From: a virus
Taxonomy: Duplodnaviria; Caudoviricetes
Strand: one strand, 5' to 3'
Virus record (IMG/VR): IMGVR_UViG_3300048554_000481
Span: 1-59,128 of that record
Length of the DNA stretch: 59,128 nt
Position 1 is the stretch's first letter; every line of letters begins with the position of its first letter. Positions 10,818 to 20,211 of the stretch are shown here, one piece after another. A program made the position numbers and the translations under genes. Below the pieces are notes generated by a model. The model saw only the letters and a list, made by a program, of their open reading frames with translations. It had not been told where the DNA came from and made no database searches.

Positions 10818-11732
10818 TTAGATAGTATTTAATTCGATAAGTGTTGCTGAGAGATTTATCTCTGGATCTGCAACTTGTGTATGCTTTACCATACCATTTC
10901 TTATAACAACGATAGCTTCGTCTTGCTTGTCCTCATTGTCACTGAACAGCTCAACATTTTTATACAACCAACGAAACATATCTTCATACTCATCAGTTCT
11001 ACAGTTTGCAATAATTAGTTTTCTTGCTTCACGCACCTGTTTGGCTTTAAACATCTCAACCATTTTAATACGCCAGCCTGTGTCCATATCACTAGATTCT
11101 GGCTGTGCTAGTACACCGTCAACAACTGCCATTTGTATACTGTTAATAGTTTTACGCAAGTCTGGATATGTTGCACGAACAAAACTGTCCAGTGTTTCTA
11201 GTTCAAACTTGACTTGATTTTCAATCAGTATCTCTGCAATCCTAGCAGTAAACTCATTAGTATCCAAACTTGTAATATGAAAGCCTTGACATCTACTGTG
11301 TAGTGCAGGAATAATCTTATTGGGATAGTTACAAGTAAGTATAAAACGCACACTCATATGATACTGTTCCATTACACCACGCAGAGCCGCTTGACCTTCT
11401 GCTGAGATATAATCAGCCTCATCAAGTAGTATTACTTTGTAATCACCCCAAGGCATAGTTTCACTGAAGTTTGTAATCTTTCGTCTAATTAGATCAACAC
11501 CGTTGTCTCGACTAGCATTAATTAATAGTACGTCAGCTTCCTGCACACCCAAATCATTTATCAATACTTTTGCCAGTGTTGTTTTGCCTGTGCCAGCACT
11601 GCCACTGAACAACAAGTGTGGAATGCCTCCATCAGCAATCCAACTTTTTACTTGATGTTTTTGTGCTTCATCTTTGAATACATATTCGTCAACTGTTTTC
11701 GGACGATATTTTTCTACCCAAATGTCTTTCAT
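10818..11732 (-). CDS. Clamp loader AAA+ subunit (T4 gp44/RFC-like)
   Basis: WVEKYRP, GSAGTGKTT, LLDEAD, FILTCN, HSRC. Confidence 0.92.
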   Translation of the reverse strand: MKDIWVEKYRPKTVDEYVFKDEAQKHQVKSWIADGGIPHLLFSGSAGTGKTTLAKVLINDLGVQEADVLLINASRDNGVDLIRRKITNFSETMPWGDYKVILLDEADYISAEGQAALRGVMEQYHMSVRFILTCNYPNKIIPALHSRCQGFHITSLDTNEFTARIAEILIENQVKFELETLDSFVRATYPDLRKTINSIQMAVVDGVLAQPESSDMDTGWRIKMVEMFKAKQVREARKLIIANCRTDEYEDMFRWLYKNVELFSDNEDKQDEAIVVIRNGMVKHTQVADPEINLSATLIELNTI

Positions 11733-11922
11733 TTTTTGTCCTTCAATTTCATATGTTGTTTAGTGAACCATACAGGAACTTCAGGATTTAAATCAATTAG
11801 TTCTTGCTCTGTATATGTTTCTGGAAGTCTTACACCATGCTTTTTAAATTGTTCATAAAATATATCAGCAATTTCATCTTTGTGTTTATTTCTATATGGA
11901 GAATTTTTAGTCCAGTTTTTCA

Positions 11923-12294
11923 TTAGTGCTTCCTCTTGCCATCAAATACGCACACAAAGTAAATGCCTTCGGCACCTGCGTGTACTCGATGAAACCATCC
12001 ATCTGGTATTAGAACGACATCACCTGCTTGAACATCTTTGTCATGATGTTTTCCGTTTAGATCAATCATTTCCATCTTGCCTGTGCCTCTAACAAAGTTA
12101 TAAACTTCTTCTTGTCCAACATGTGCATGTCCACTTGTATGTTTCTCTGCTTTTAAATCTGTTGAACTTACTACTAAGTTGTTTAATGTTGTGTTGTCAA
12201 TTACTGTGTATCTGTCGTCTTGTTTGGCTATTTCGCCGCCTATATCGTATATGCTTAATTTAATATCGATTTTATTCTCCATGGTGTGATGCAC
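11923..12294 (-). CDS. Cupin-domain protein
   Basis: GHAHVGQEEVY..GDVVLIPDGWFHRV. Confidence 0.85.
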   Translation of the reverse strand: MHHTMENKIDIKLSIYDIGGEIAKQDDRYTVIDNTTLNNLVVSSTDLKAEKHTSGHAHVGQEEVYNFVRGTGKMEMIDLNGKHHDKDVQAGDVVLIPDGWFHRVHAGAEGIYFVCVFDGKRKH

Positions 12295-12944
12295 ACTGTA
12301 CCTAAACTAATATGATCGGCTCCAGCATTGAGGTACCTATCAGCACTGGATTTATCCGTAACTCCTCCGCCTGCAATAACTTCAACATGAGGGTGTGTAC
12401 TTTTTATATACTCTAATATTCTCAAAGTATGTGGTACAATTACATCACCACTAAGTCCACCTTTCTCTGTTGGAACAGTATTGCTTGCATGTATTTGATT
12501 ATAGCCTAGTTTAACTATTTTGTCAAGTTGTTTGTTTGTTATATTTGGTGGCACTTTTACAATACACCACTTGCGTTCGTCTTTAGCAAAACTTTTTGTT
12601 AAGTTTGGATGTTCGTCTACATTTGGACAACTTATGTTAAGTTCTAAATTCATATGTTTGGGTACTATCTCATACAGTATCCGCCAGTCATTTGGTTGTA
12701 AACTAGCAATACTCATTACATTGCGTGGTGCAGTATTTTCTATTCCTTCAAATATTCCTGGGTTACGCAAACCCAATTTGTTGCGCCAGCCAGTTTTAGT
12801 ATATCTAAGTGTTTTGATAATTTGTTTTGCTAGTCCAGGACGTGGCTTCACCGTAAATGTTCCAGTAACACTGACTATTGGTTTACCACTTAAAAAATTT
12901 GTATACTGCAAATAATTTCCAAATGGCGCACTAATAAAATACAT
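12255..12944 (-). CDS. pyrD: Dihydroorotate dehydrogenase-like FMN enzyme
   Basis: NKLGLRNPG, ELNISCPN, SNT..GGLSG, IAGGGV. Confidence 0.75.
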   Translation of the reverse strand: MYFISAPFGNYLQYTNFLSGKPIVSVTGTFTVKPRPGLAKQIIKTLRYTKTGWRNKLGLRNPGIFEGIENTAPRNVMSIASLQPNDWRILYEIVPKHMNLELNISCPNVDEHPNLTKSFAKDERKWCIVKVPPNITNKQLDKIVKLGYNQIHASNTVPTEKGGLSGDVIVPHTLRILEYIKSTHPHVEVIAGGGVTDKSSADRYLNAGADHISLGTVCITPWRIKSILN

Positions 12945-13465
12945 TAGCCACCGCCTTGAAGGAAATGTGTGTCACGTGGACAGCTACTCACCAGTAAAGC
13001 GAACAACGGATCTGGTGCTTGTTTTGGATCTATGTTTTCTAGTTTTACAAACTTTTCTTGTATCATAAATGCATCTTTTTCTAACTGTCGTCTACATGTA
13101 ACTTCTAAATATGTACCGTCATGGTACTGTAGAAAATGTACCAGTTCATGTACTAGTACTACTTCAAAAAATCTATCTTCAACCATATGCTGTGTTGGTG
13201 TGCTTCGAATGTATATAGTATTAGTATCATCGTTGTAGTAACCTGCTATATCACATTGTGGTCTTGTATCTAAATATACACCCGCACATATTTCTTTTTG
13301 TTCATTGATTATGATGTCGGGATAATCCCATCCTCCATATACATGATCAGTATGCTCTTCTATAAATTCTACCATGCCAGGTACAAGTGCTTGTAGATGA
13401 CTTACTCGTGCATCTGCAAATACCAATGTAGGAAATAAAAGTATAAACAAAAATACTCTAATCAT
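12944..13465 (-). CDS. Secreted HExxH metalloprotease-like protein
   Basis: Signal peptide, AGYY, VLVHELVHFLQ, downstream E..A. Confidence 0.65.
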   Translation of the reverse strand: MIRVFLFILLFPTLVFADARVSHLQALVPGMVEFIEEHTDHVYGGWDYPDIIINEQKEICAGVYLDTRPQCDIAGYYNDDTNTIYIRSTPTQHMVEDRFFEVVLVHELVHFLQYHDGTYLEVTCRRQLEKDAFMIQEKFVKLENIDPKQAPDPLFALLVSSCPRDTHFLQGGG

Positions 13466-13661
13466 CTAATTCTTTTTCTACCTTAACTGATCCTTTTACA
13501 CCGCATCGAGGACAAAACCAGTGTCCTCTATCGATGCATTCTTTATCGTTCATTGTTGCGTATGTGAAGTAAGCCTTGCACTGAGAACACGTTATGTGAT
13601 AGATGTATTCTAAGTGTGCTTTAAACATCAGTGAATGGGCTCTACTTCTACGATTTCGCAT
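13458..13661 (-). CDS. Small zinc-ribbon protein
   Basis: CSQC..CPRC. Confidence 0.55.
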   Translation of the reverse strand: MRNRRSRAHSLMFKAHLEYIYHITCSQCKAYFTYATMNDKECIDRGHWFCPRCGVKGSVKVEKELDD

Positions 13662-13869
13662 GTTGGAAATACTTTTTGTATTTTGTTGGTTGCTCCAGTT
13701 TTACCACTCGCTGGTACAACTGCTTCTCCGTGTCCACCTGAAATTGTAACATCAAAATCATCAGTAGGACCTTTATTAATCTTTAATACTTTGCCTGTTG
13801 GCAAATTAAAAAGTACTTTGTACTTTAAGCCAGTAGGAAAGTCTACTACATTACTCATAGTTTTCTCCA

Positions 13870-14205
13870 TTAACGTGTTGTATACTCCAACACACTTCTA
13901 TCACCAGTCCATATTCCCATAATGTCCTTGGGATCAAGTGCATAGAGCTTTTTGCCTTGAGGATGATCTACATCAAATCCTCTACTCCAGCGACCATGTG
14001 CAACTGCAACTAGGTCACCTTCTTTGATATCATTTGTAACTTCATTGTCTGAACCTACGCTATGTATCTCAAAGAATCTTGTTTTAATTCCGCTTTGGTC
14101 ACCATCATCATCTAGTGTAATGATACCACCTTTTGTTTTTCCTTCTCCAGGAGGGTTGACAAAAAACCCTAATACACTGTGCTTAACTGCTCTAATGTTT
14201 TTCAT
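13870..14205 (-). CDS. GroES-like co-chaperonin
   Basis: KTKGGIITLDD mobile loop, VG..IKEGDLV. Confidence 0.8.
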   Translation of the reverse strand: MKNIRAVKHSVLGFFVNPPGEGKTKGGIITLDDDGDQSGIKTRFFEIHSVGSDNEVTNDIKEGDLVAVAHGRWSRGFDVDHPQGKKLYALDPKDIMGIWTGDRSVLEYTTR

Positions 14206-14206
14206 A

Positions 14207-15406
14207 CTATACTCCTTCTATGATTTGTTCGAGTGTTTGTAAAACTTGTTCGCTTGTATCTCGCATTGGATACTCTGTGAGTATCGCTTGTTTGATTGTG
14301 TTTCTAGTAAAGTCTAATGCAAAACGTTCTCCTGTTTCTGGATTCATTCCTGTGTTTACTAAAAATACATTACTTCCATGTTGTTCAACTTTGTCCATCA
14401 ACATATCACTATATGTTTGTACACTTCTGGGCATAAACGGTGATCCATAACAAGGACTAAGTGTACGTTTAATTTCTGTTACGCCATCTTCTGTTCCTGG
14501 CATAGTACTGGTATATCCCGTTTCAAAAAAGCGTCTCACTGCATCACCACTTATTCTACTGATAGCTGGAAACACACCTTCTGCGTCCATTGTTAAAAAG
14601 AATATGTTGTCTGCATGACTAAAGTTACTACGTTTGTGATAGGCATTTTCTACGCAACTAATTGGATAACTCAATCTAGCATTTGCCGCATCAGGATTTT
14701 CAATAACCAATGTTTCTCTTCGTCTCGCTTCTTCAACTGCATTAAAAATAGTAGGATGTGTCTCAGGTGTTAAGCCTTCGCTTTTGGCATAGCAACCTGT
14801 TTCGACCATTCTAATACCCATGTTGCTCCATACTACTTCGTCATCACTAATAAGTTTGTATTCGGGATCGCTCGACAATGTTGTTTTGCCTGTGCCACTT
14901 AATCCAAACATTAGGTTGGTTGTTTTACGATATGTAAATGCTCCGCAATGCATTGGCAGTCTATCAAACTTGGGTAATTCAAAACTTACAATACCAAATA
15001 CACCCTTTTTAATTTCACCTAAAAATGTTGTACCTGCAATTAGTAATATCTTCTTATCCAAATGCACATATATTTTAGGTTCCATTTCAATTTCAGTGTT
15101 GTGCCAAATAGTCCAATCACCTTCTTGGTCTTCAGCTGTAACCTTAAACATGTTCCAAACAAATTGTTTGTGACGTGCATCATTTGTGTGTAGTGTAAAA
15201 TTAGTTCCTACTGTTTCAAAGTTCATAGGATCTAAGTAATTCTTTTGACTTTGCAATAGTGCATAAAAATTAGCAAAGTCTTCACCTTTGCCTATCTTGT
15301 TAAACTTAGGTCGTGTCAAATCCAAGTCTTTTGTTTGTTCACCGAAAAAGTATTTTTTATCCGGTGAACGACCAGTGGGGCTGGTCGTTATGCTTATGTT
15401 GGTCAT
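14207..15406 (-). CDS. pckA: ATP-dependent PEP carboxykinase, compact form
   Basis: TGRSP, GEIKKG, MHCGA, FGLSGTGKTTLS, ISDDE, GCYAK, FLTMDAEGV, CYGSPFMP, LVNTG. Confidence 0.9.
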   Translation of the reverse strand: MTNISITTSPTGRSPDKKYFFGEQTKDLDLTRPKFNKIGKGEDFANFYALLQSQKNYLDPMNFETVGTNFTLHTNDARHKQFVWNMFKVTAEDQEGDWTIWHNTEIEMEPKIYVHLDKKILLIAGTTFLGEIKKGVFGIVSFELPKFDRLPMHCGAFTYRKTTNLMFGLSGTGKTTLSSDPEYKLISDDEVVWSNMGIRMVETGCYAKSEGLTPETHPTIFNAVEEARRRETLVIENPDAANARLSYPISCVENAYHKRSNFSHADNIFFLTMDAEGVFPAISRISGDAVRRFFETGYTSTMPGTEDGVTEIKRTLSPCYGSPFMPRSVQTYSDMLMDKVEQHGSNVFLVNTGMNPETGERFALDFTRNTIKQAILTEYPMRDTSEQVLQTLEQIIEGV

Positions 15407-15849
15407 TATTCCTCATCAATATTAATTTCGAGCGTTTCAATGCTTCCGTCGTCATATTCGATTTCAACGTATTTGGTTCCATCGTCTCTTGTGCGAGTAA
15501 TTTTACTTATTGCTTCTGGTTCTTCACTAAACTGTTCTTCTAAATTTACCACTTCAGGATCTTTAAAAGATTCAGTTGGTTCCGGAGTACTATCTGGTTT
15601 TACTGCGGTTTGTTTAATTTCTTGTTGAATAGGCTTGGGATCACTAATTGGCTGTTGTACTGGAGGTGTAACTGTGTTCTGATGTGCAACTGCAATATCT
15701 TCTGCCTTCATCTTAACAGATCCATCTTCGTTTAATCTGTCACCTCTTGCATTCATAGGAACATTGCCTACAGCTCTAGTAGTTTCATGTTGTGCCGCCA
15801 GTGCCGCCATATCAATCATGCCGCCTCTTGCTGTTTTGGTATTTCTCAT
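15406..15849 (-). CDS. Conserved large-phage hypothetical protein
   Basis: KTARGGMIDM..RAVGNVPMNARGDRL pattern. Confidence 0.6.
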   Translation of the reverse strand: MRNTKTARGGMIDMAALAAQHETTRAVGNVPMNARGDRLNEDGSVKMKAEDIAVAHQNTVTPPVQQPISDPKPIQQEIKQTAVKPDSTPEPTESFKDPEVVNLEEQFSEEPEAISKITRTRDDGTKYVEIEYDDGSIETLEINIDEE

Positions 15850-16355
15850 CTTAGAAACTCCTTGTAGTCTAAATTATATTTAATGCTGTCTACTTTGTGT
15901 ACACCTATCAAATATAATATGTAGCTGGATACGCTTGATCCTCTTCCTACACCCCACATGATATTATTACTTTTTAATTCATTTACCATGTATACTAGGA
16001 ATTTTAACATTGGAAACATATCTCGGCTTTCAAATTCTTGGAGTTCTGCAACTACACGTTGATACTGTTCTTCATTTTTTGTTTTACTTAGCAAGTGATC
16101 AATTATATTCAACTGTTTATATTCGTCGGGCATACACCAGTTTTCAGCGTTTTTGTAACTGTACTTATCATTTGAGTCTGCGGGTGTTTCATAATCTATA
16201 ACATCATTAAACTTAAACAAACTGCAAAAATGATTATAAGTATCAATTTTTTCTGTATCTTTAGTAACAATTCTACTAACTGCTTTGCCTTGTAGTAATC
16301 CTTCTACTAGGTCATTTTCATTAACAACCACTTCACTTAATGCTGTCATTTTCAT
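15846..16355 (-). CDS. DNA polymerase III alpha (DnaE)-like fragment
   Basis: WGVGRGSSVSSYILYLIGVHKVDSIKYNL matches DnaE G.GRGS..S...Y.LGIT..DP.KY.L; the ORF ends before the PDID motif. Confidence 0.8.
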   Translation of the reverse strand: MKMTALSEVVVNENDLVEGLLQGKAVSRIVTKDTEKIDTYNHFCSLFKFNDVIDYETPADSNDKYSYKNAENWCMPDEYKQLNIIDHLLSKTKNEEQYQRVVAELQEFESRDMFPMLKFLVYMVNELKSNNIMWGVGRGSSVSSYILYLIGVHKVDSIKYNLDYKEFLR

Positions 16356-16644
16356 CCTATATTTAATACATCATCGTCGGGATCTTTCCCTTCGTCGATT
16401 CTTTTGTCACGTTCTCTTTTTAATGCATCTTGTTCGCTTCTGGCTTTTATTTCGATACTGACCATTTCGATCATATTTTGTATCTGACCAGCTGGTCCTG
16501 ACATTCCCATACTATTAGCTTGTCCCAACTTTTGTCGCAATTCGATTTGCTTTTCCAATAGTTGTTCCATATTTAAATTTTCAATATCTAAAAACATAAC
16601 ACACTATAACACACTTCTTTGGTTGAGTCAACAACAAACTCATA

Positions 16645-17604
16645 TTATAATCCGTTGGGGACTATAATATAATGTATAGAAAGTACAACGCCTACTGACG
16701 CACCCAATCCTATCATCATTTTAATAAAGTCTTTGGTAATAAGTGGAAATACAGTTTTGAACTTGTGCTTGCCAGTAACAGTTGCCATAGCAAGTTCTCG
16801 TCCACATAGTAGTCCTACAAATACCCAAGTTGTTGACATTGGTATATCATTTAGTTCCTTAAAGAAGTACAGTATTACAAAATAAACACAATCAATAATT
16901 GTAGCACTACGCACATATCTTGTGTTGTGCTTTTCAATTACAATCTGTTGTATCTTGCCTCCACCTTCTCGAAACATATATCCTAATCCAAATACAAACA
17001 TTGCACTGATTAGAATCATTAGGTCCCATGGTATTTCTCTTGGTAAGAACACAGCAATGTTTGCCATGTCATGTGATAACCAAGTGAACCATAAGAAGCC
17101 TGTTGTAAACCATTGTGCAATACGCCAATAGTTTTTATGTTGTTCTTTAACAGGCTTTGCTTCGTCTAGCAGTTTGCTAACTACTAGCCATATAGCATAT
17201 GCCGCTACAGCCGCAACTGCATATCCCATCATGCTTTTAACAAGCATTTTTTCCAATACAAATGTACTAGCAAATGCACTCAGCACTAAGAAACTTGTGC
17301 TAACTGGTACACCTATTCTTGTTAACAATAACAAGAGTGCAGGTGCCATTGCGTGATACCATTGTATCTCCTGGAATGGTATTTTATTCAAACGTCCGTA
17401 ACTTATGTCACCTCCATTCATATACCAACCATACCACAAAGTATAAAGGAGAACTGCACTTGCCGCTCCCCACATAACTTTCCAATTAAATTTATCGTTG
17501 TTTGATGCAATCCATGTACCTAGTGTTTGTACACTATCGTTTGCTATTACTGAATAACCGGCGAATAAAAATCCGACGAACATCCATAACGTCAATGCGT
17601 CCAT
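16645..17604 (-). CDS. Multi-pass membrane protein, PiT/PHO4 phosphate-transporter-like
   Basis: About 9-10 TM; repeated ANDS../HDMAN and PVSTS/PMSTT motifs. Confidence 0.65.
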   Translation of the reverse strand: MDALTLWMFVGFLFAGYSVIANDSVQTLGTWIASNNDKFNWKVMWGAASAVLLYTLWYGWYMNGGDISYGRLNKIPFQEIQWYHAMAPALLLLLTRIGVPVSTSFLVLSAFASTFVLEKMLVKSMMGYAVAAVAAYAIWLVVSKLLDEAKPVKEQHKNYWRIAQWFTTGFLWFTWLSHDMANIAVFLPREIPWDLMILISAMFVFGLGYMFREGGGKIQQIVIEKHNTRYVRSATIIDCVYFVILYFFKELNDIPMSTTWVFVGLLCGRELAMATVTGKHKFKTVFPLITKDFIKMMIGLGASVGVVLSIHYIIVPNGL

Positions 17605-17695
17605 ATAATTTCTCCTATGCTTGATGGCTTTACCCCATCGCTCACATGTTGAGTTGTTGTTGACTCATGGTTATTTAACTGTTTATATTACTACA

Positions 17696-17956
17696 CTATC
17701 TAAAAGGTGTCAATTCTTTTGGATCAACATCAATAAATCTAACTATACTATTAATGTCGTTGACTTCTACATCTAGTTTTTTACAACTAAGTCTCATCGA
17801 ACCTTCATACGTTTTTTGTGTCGGTGATTTTACATTACGTTCAATTGTACGTTTGGCTTTAAGGCACTCGCTTAAACCATCTCTTACTGTGTATTCTTTT
17901 AGTTCCAATGGACTACCAAAGAACATTAGTAATACGATTGCTCCTTCTACTACCAT
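17696..17956 (-). CDS. Small exported Cys-containing protein
   Basis: Hydrophobic N-terminus, CLKAKR..SCKK; similar to the next ORF. Confidence 0.55.
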   Translation of the reverse strand: MVVEGAIVLLMFFGSPLELKEYTVRDGLSECLKAKRTIERNVKSPTQKTYEGSMRLSCKKLDVEVNDINSIVRFIDVDPKELTPFR

Positions 17957-17958
17957 GA

Positions 17959-18231
17959 CTAACCTCCAAGACTTTCTGTAACGCTACTAGCTTTGACTTG
18001 TGGGGCTTCGTCTGTGTCTAACAAACGAATAATATAGTCATTGCCATCTGCATCCTTACCAACTTCTACAAGTCTCTTTTGACAAGTATATCTGTAAGGT
18101 TCATCACCGTCGTGTGTTTTTTGTGCTATTCTTTTTTCTCTCAAACAATCTGCCATTTTGTGGTATCCAACGTGTGAGGCTACTTCACCGTTCACATACA
18201 ATAACAGTGTGATACATACCATTTCTATCAT
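17959..18231 (-). CDS. Small exported Cys-containing protein
   Basis: CLREKR..TCQKR. Confidence 0.55.
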   Translation of the reverse strand: MIEMVCITLLLYVNGEVASHVGYHKMADCLREKRIAQKTHDGDEPYRYTCQKRLVEVGKDADGNDYIIRLLDTDEAPQVKASSVTESLGG

Positions 18232-18232
18232 C

Positions 18233-18646
18233 TTAATTTCCGTTCTTTAACTCTAGTTGAGAATCTTTAATTTTCTCAATAGCTTCTTCCAACGAGTTTA
18301 TTCTTTTTTCATAAAACTCCATAGTCAATTTTTGTTGTTGGTCGAAGGGTGCTTGTCCAGTTTCTATCTCGGTAGTGAGTTTTTCAAGTTCGCCGGCAAG
18401 ATGTTCAATTAGCATGAACTGTTCAGAGTCAGCAGGCAAGGAACCCATTTCACCACGAGGCCATTTGATACGAAACTCTGTATTCTGTTCCAAATCACTT
18501 TCCATCATAGTGATACTGGTTTCAATTTGATTTAATCGTTCGATTATTCCGAAGTATGCCCATGTGCCAACCGCCGCGGCGGCTATCATTGATAGTATAT
18601 TACGCAAGGGCAATGATACTTCAGTATTCTCTGAGATCTTTGCCAT
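18233..18646 (-). CDS. Membrane-anchored coiled-coil phage protein
   Basis: One TM, NTEFRIKWPRG motif, late promoter at about 18678. Confidence 0.6.
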   Translation of the reverse strand: MAKISENTEVSLPLRNILSMIAAAAVGTWAYFGIIERLNQIETSITMMESDLEQNTEFRIKWPRGEMGSLPADSEQFMLIEHLAGELEKLTTEIETGQAPFDQQQKLTMEFYEKRINSLEEAIEKIKDSQLELKNGN

Positions 18647-18706
18647 CCTTTTACATCTTTCTGCTGTCTGTTCGTAGTATTTATGTTACATTTTAATAAA
18701 ATGCCT

Positions 18707-18770
18707 ATCCGTCAAAGTTTTGACCGGTGAATCAATTTGACGGACAGAAATCGACGGAATTTTGACGGAT
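18707..18770. repeat. Cluster of TTTGACGGA-type direct and inverted repeats
   Basis: atccgtcaaa 18707-16, tttgaccgg 18718, tttgacgga 18736, tcgacgga 18751, tttgacggat 18761-70. Confidence 0.8.
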
Positions 18771-19456
18771 TATTCTCTATTTCCAAGCAACATCAGTAGC
18801 ATTTGGAACAAGTTAATAAAGTTTAAGTACAAGCTAATTGCAAACTTAACTCCGTAACGTTCGTCTCTTGTTTCGATAAAGATCTGCTTTGCAGTCTGTG
18901 TATCATATGCAGTTAGTCCGGTAAAGATTAGTACACCAATAATACTAATAGCAAACATCAACGCACTGCTAGCCATAAAGATGTTTACAATACTTGCAAC
19001 AATGATACCAATTAATCCAATAAACAAAAAACTTCCCCATGAGGTTAAATCTCTATTGGTTGTGTATCCATATAAACTAGCACCTGCAAATGTAGCACTG
19101 GTTATAAAGAACACTTGTGTAATACTCATTGCTGTATACACTGCAAAAATGGTACTCAAGCTCACACCCATAAGTGTGACAAAAGCATAATAAAATAGTG
19201 TTAGTTTTTTAATATCCCAATTTTGTCCTGTAAAACTATACCAAAAAATCATTCCCAATGGTGCGAACATTGCTACATAAAGCAAACTGCCCATGGAGTA
19301 TAGTAGTCCACTGCTATAGGTTAACCATGCAACTGCACCACTTAGTGCTAGTCCGCTAGCAGTATGGTTGTACATTGACAACATCAGTTGCCTCAATCCC
19401 TGATCAAATTCAGCGTCTTGTCTTGCACCTAGTACAGCTCTTTCAAGTTGATTCAT
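18770..19456 (-). CDS. Bax inhibitor-1/YccA family membrane protein
   Basis: 7 TM; YGYTTNRDLT, GLTAYDTQ, ISLYLNFINLF. Confidence 0.9.
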   Translation of the reverse strand: MNQLERAVLGARQDAEFDQGLRQLMLSMYNHTASGLALSGAVAWLTYSSGLLYSMGSLLYVAMFAPLGMIFWYSFTGQNWDIKKLTLFYYAFVTLMGVSLSTIFAVYTAMSITQVFFITSATFAGASLYGYTTNRDLTSWGSFLFIGLIGIIVASIVNIFMASSALMFAISIIGVLIFTGLTAYDTQTAKQIFIETRDERYGVKFAISLYLNFINLFQMLLMLLGNRE

Positions 19457-19878
19457 TATAAATCTCCTTCTTTTCTATTTTCACTATAATGCACATCAAA
19501 CTCTCCTCCTGGATAACGTGCTTTTAGTTTATTTACATTTTCAGCAATAACATCATTTGGGTCAATGCCTAATGCACGACAACTGTTCATCCAGTACCAC
19601 ATGATATCACCCAGTTCACGTTTAGCATGAAACTGTGTATCAGCATCCAATGGCTTGCCTTGGAATATGCACTTCTTTACAATTTCCATAAACTCTCCGC
19701 CTTCGGCACTGATGCCTACTGCACCAGTTAATAGCAGTGCCATGTTAACACCACTTTGTTCTAAACTTTGTAGTTGGTTACACAGTTGTTCAGTTTGATT
19801 ACTCTGATCACTGGTTACGCCTTCCACAAATTCTTTGTACTTGTTTAAGTCTACATTATTCATAATTACCTCTTTCAT
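19456..19878 (-). CDS. mazG: MazG-like pyrophosphohydrolase
   Basis: AEGGEFMEIVKK..KRELGDIMWY..NVNKLKARYP. Confidence 0.9.
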   Translation of the reverse strand: MKEVIMNNVDLNKYKEFVEGVTSDQSNQTEQLCNQLQSLEQSGVNMALLLTGAVGISAEGGEFMEIVKKCIFQGKPLDADTQFHAKRELGDIMWYWMNSCRALGIDPNDVIAENVNKLKARYPGGEFDVHYSENRKEGDL

Positions 19879-19893
19879 TTTACTAATAATAAA

Positions 19894-20211
19894 CTAGATT
19901 GTATTGTCTGTCAAATCTAATTTTCTAAAAACATTTCTTTTAGAATTTCCATAGTAAGTCCAACTGTCTTTACTACATTCTTTCCTACATGTGGGTGTAT
20001 CAAAACTTTTTTGAAACTCTGTCATGAATTCGCTTTGTGTAATTTCTTTTGATGTATGCAATTTTAAATTTATACTATCCATCGAAAATCCATTACGACT
20101 CGCCCAATCATGCAAATCTTTTCTTCTTTCATATAACCAACAACAAGGCCACATTTCACCTGTAGCACTTATGTAGGCTTTACCTGCTGTTTGTAAACAT
20201 TTAGGAGACAT
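19894..20211 (-). CDS. Stand-alone SPASM/twitch Fe-S domain
   Basis: PKC..YISATGEMWPCCW..CRKEC; start overlaps the radical SAM stop. Confidence 0.65.
   Translation of the reverse strand: MSPKCLQTAGKAYISATGEMWPCCWLYERRKDLHDWASRNGFSMDSINLKLHTSKEITQSEFMTEFQKSFDTPTCRKECSKDSWTYYGNSKRNVFRKLDLTDNTI

Noticed and set aside
17620-17645. Fluoride riboswitch
   Set aside because: GCGAUGGGGU resembles the 5' part, but the downstream GCU(A/G)AUGAC pseudoknot strand is missing.
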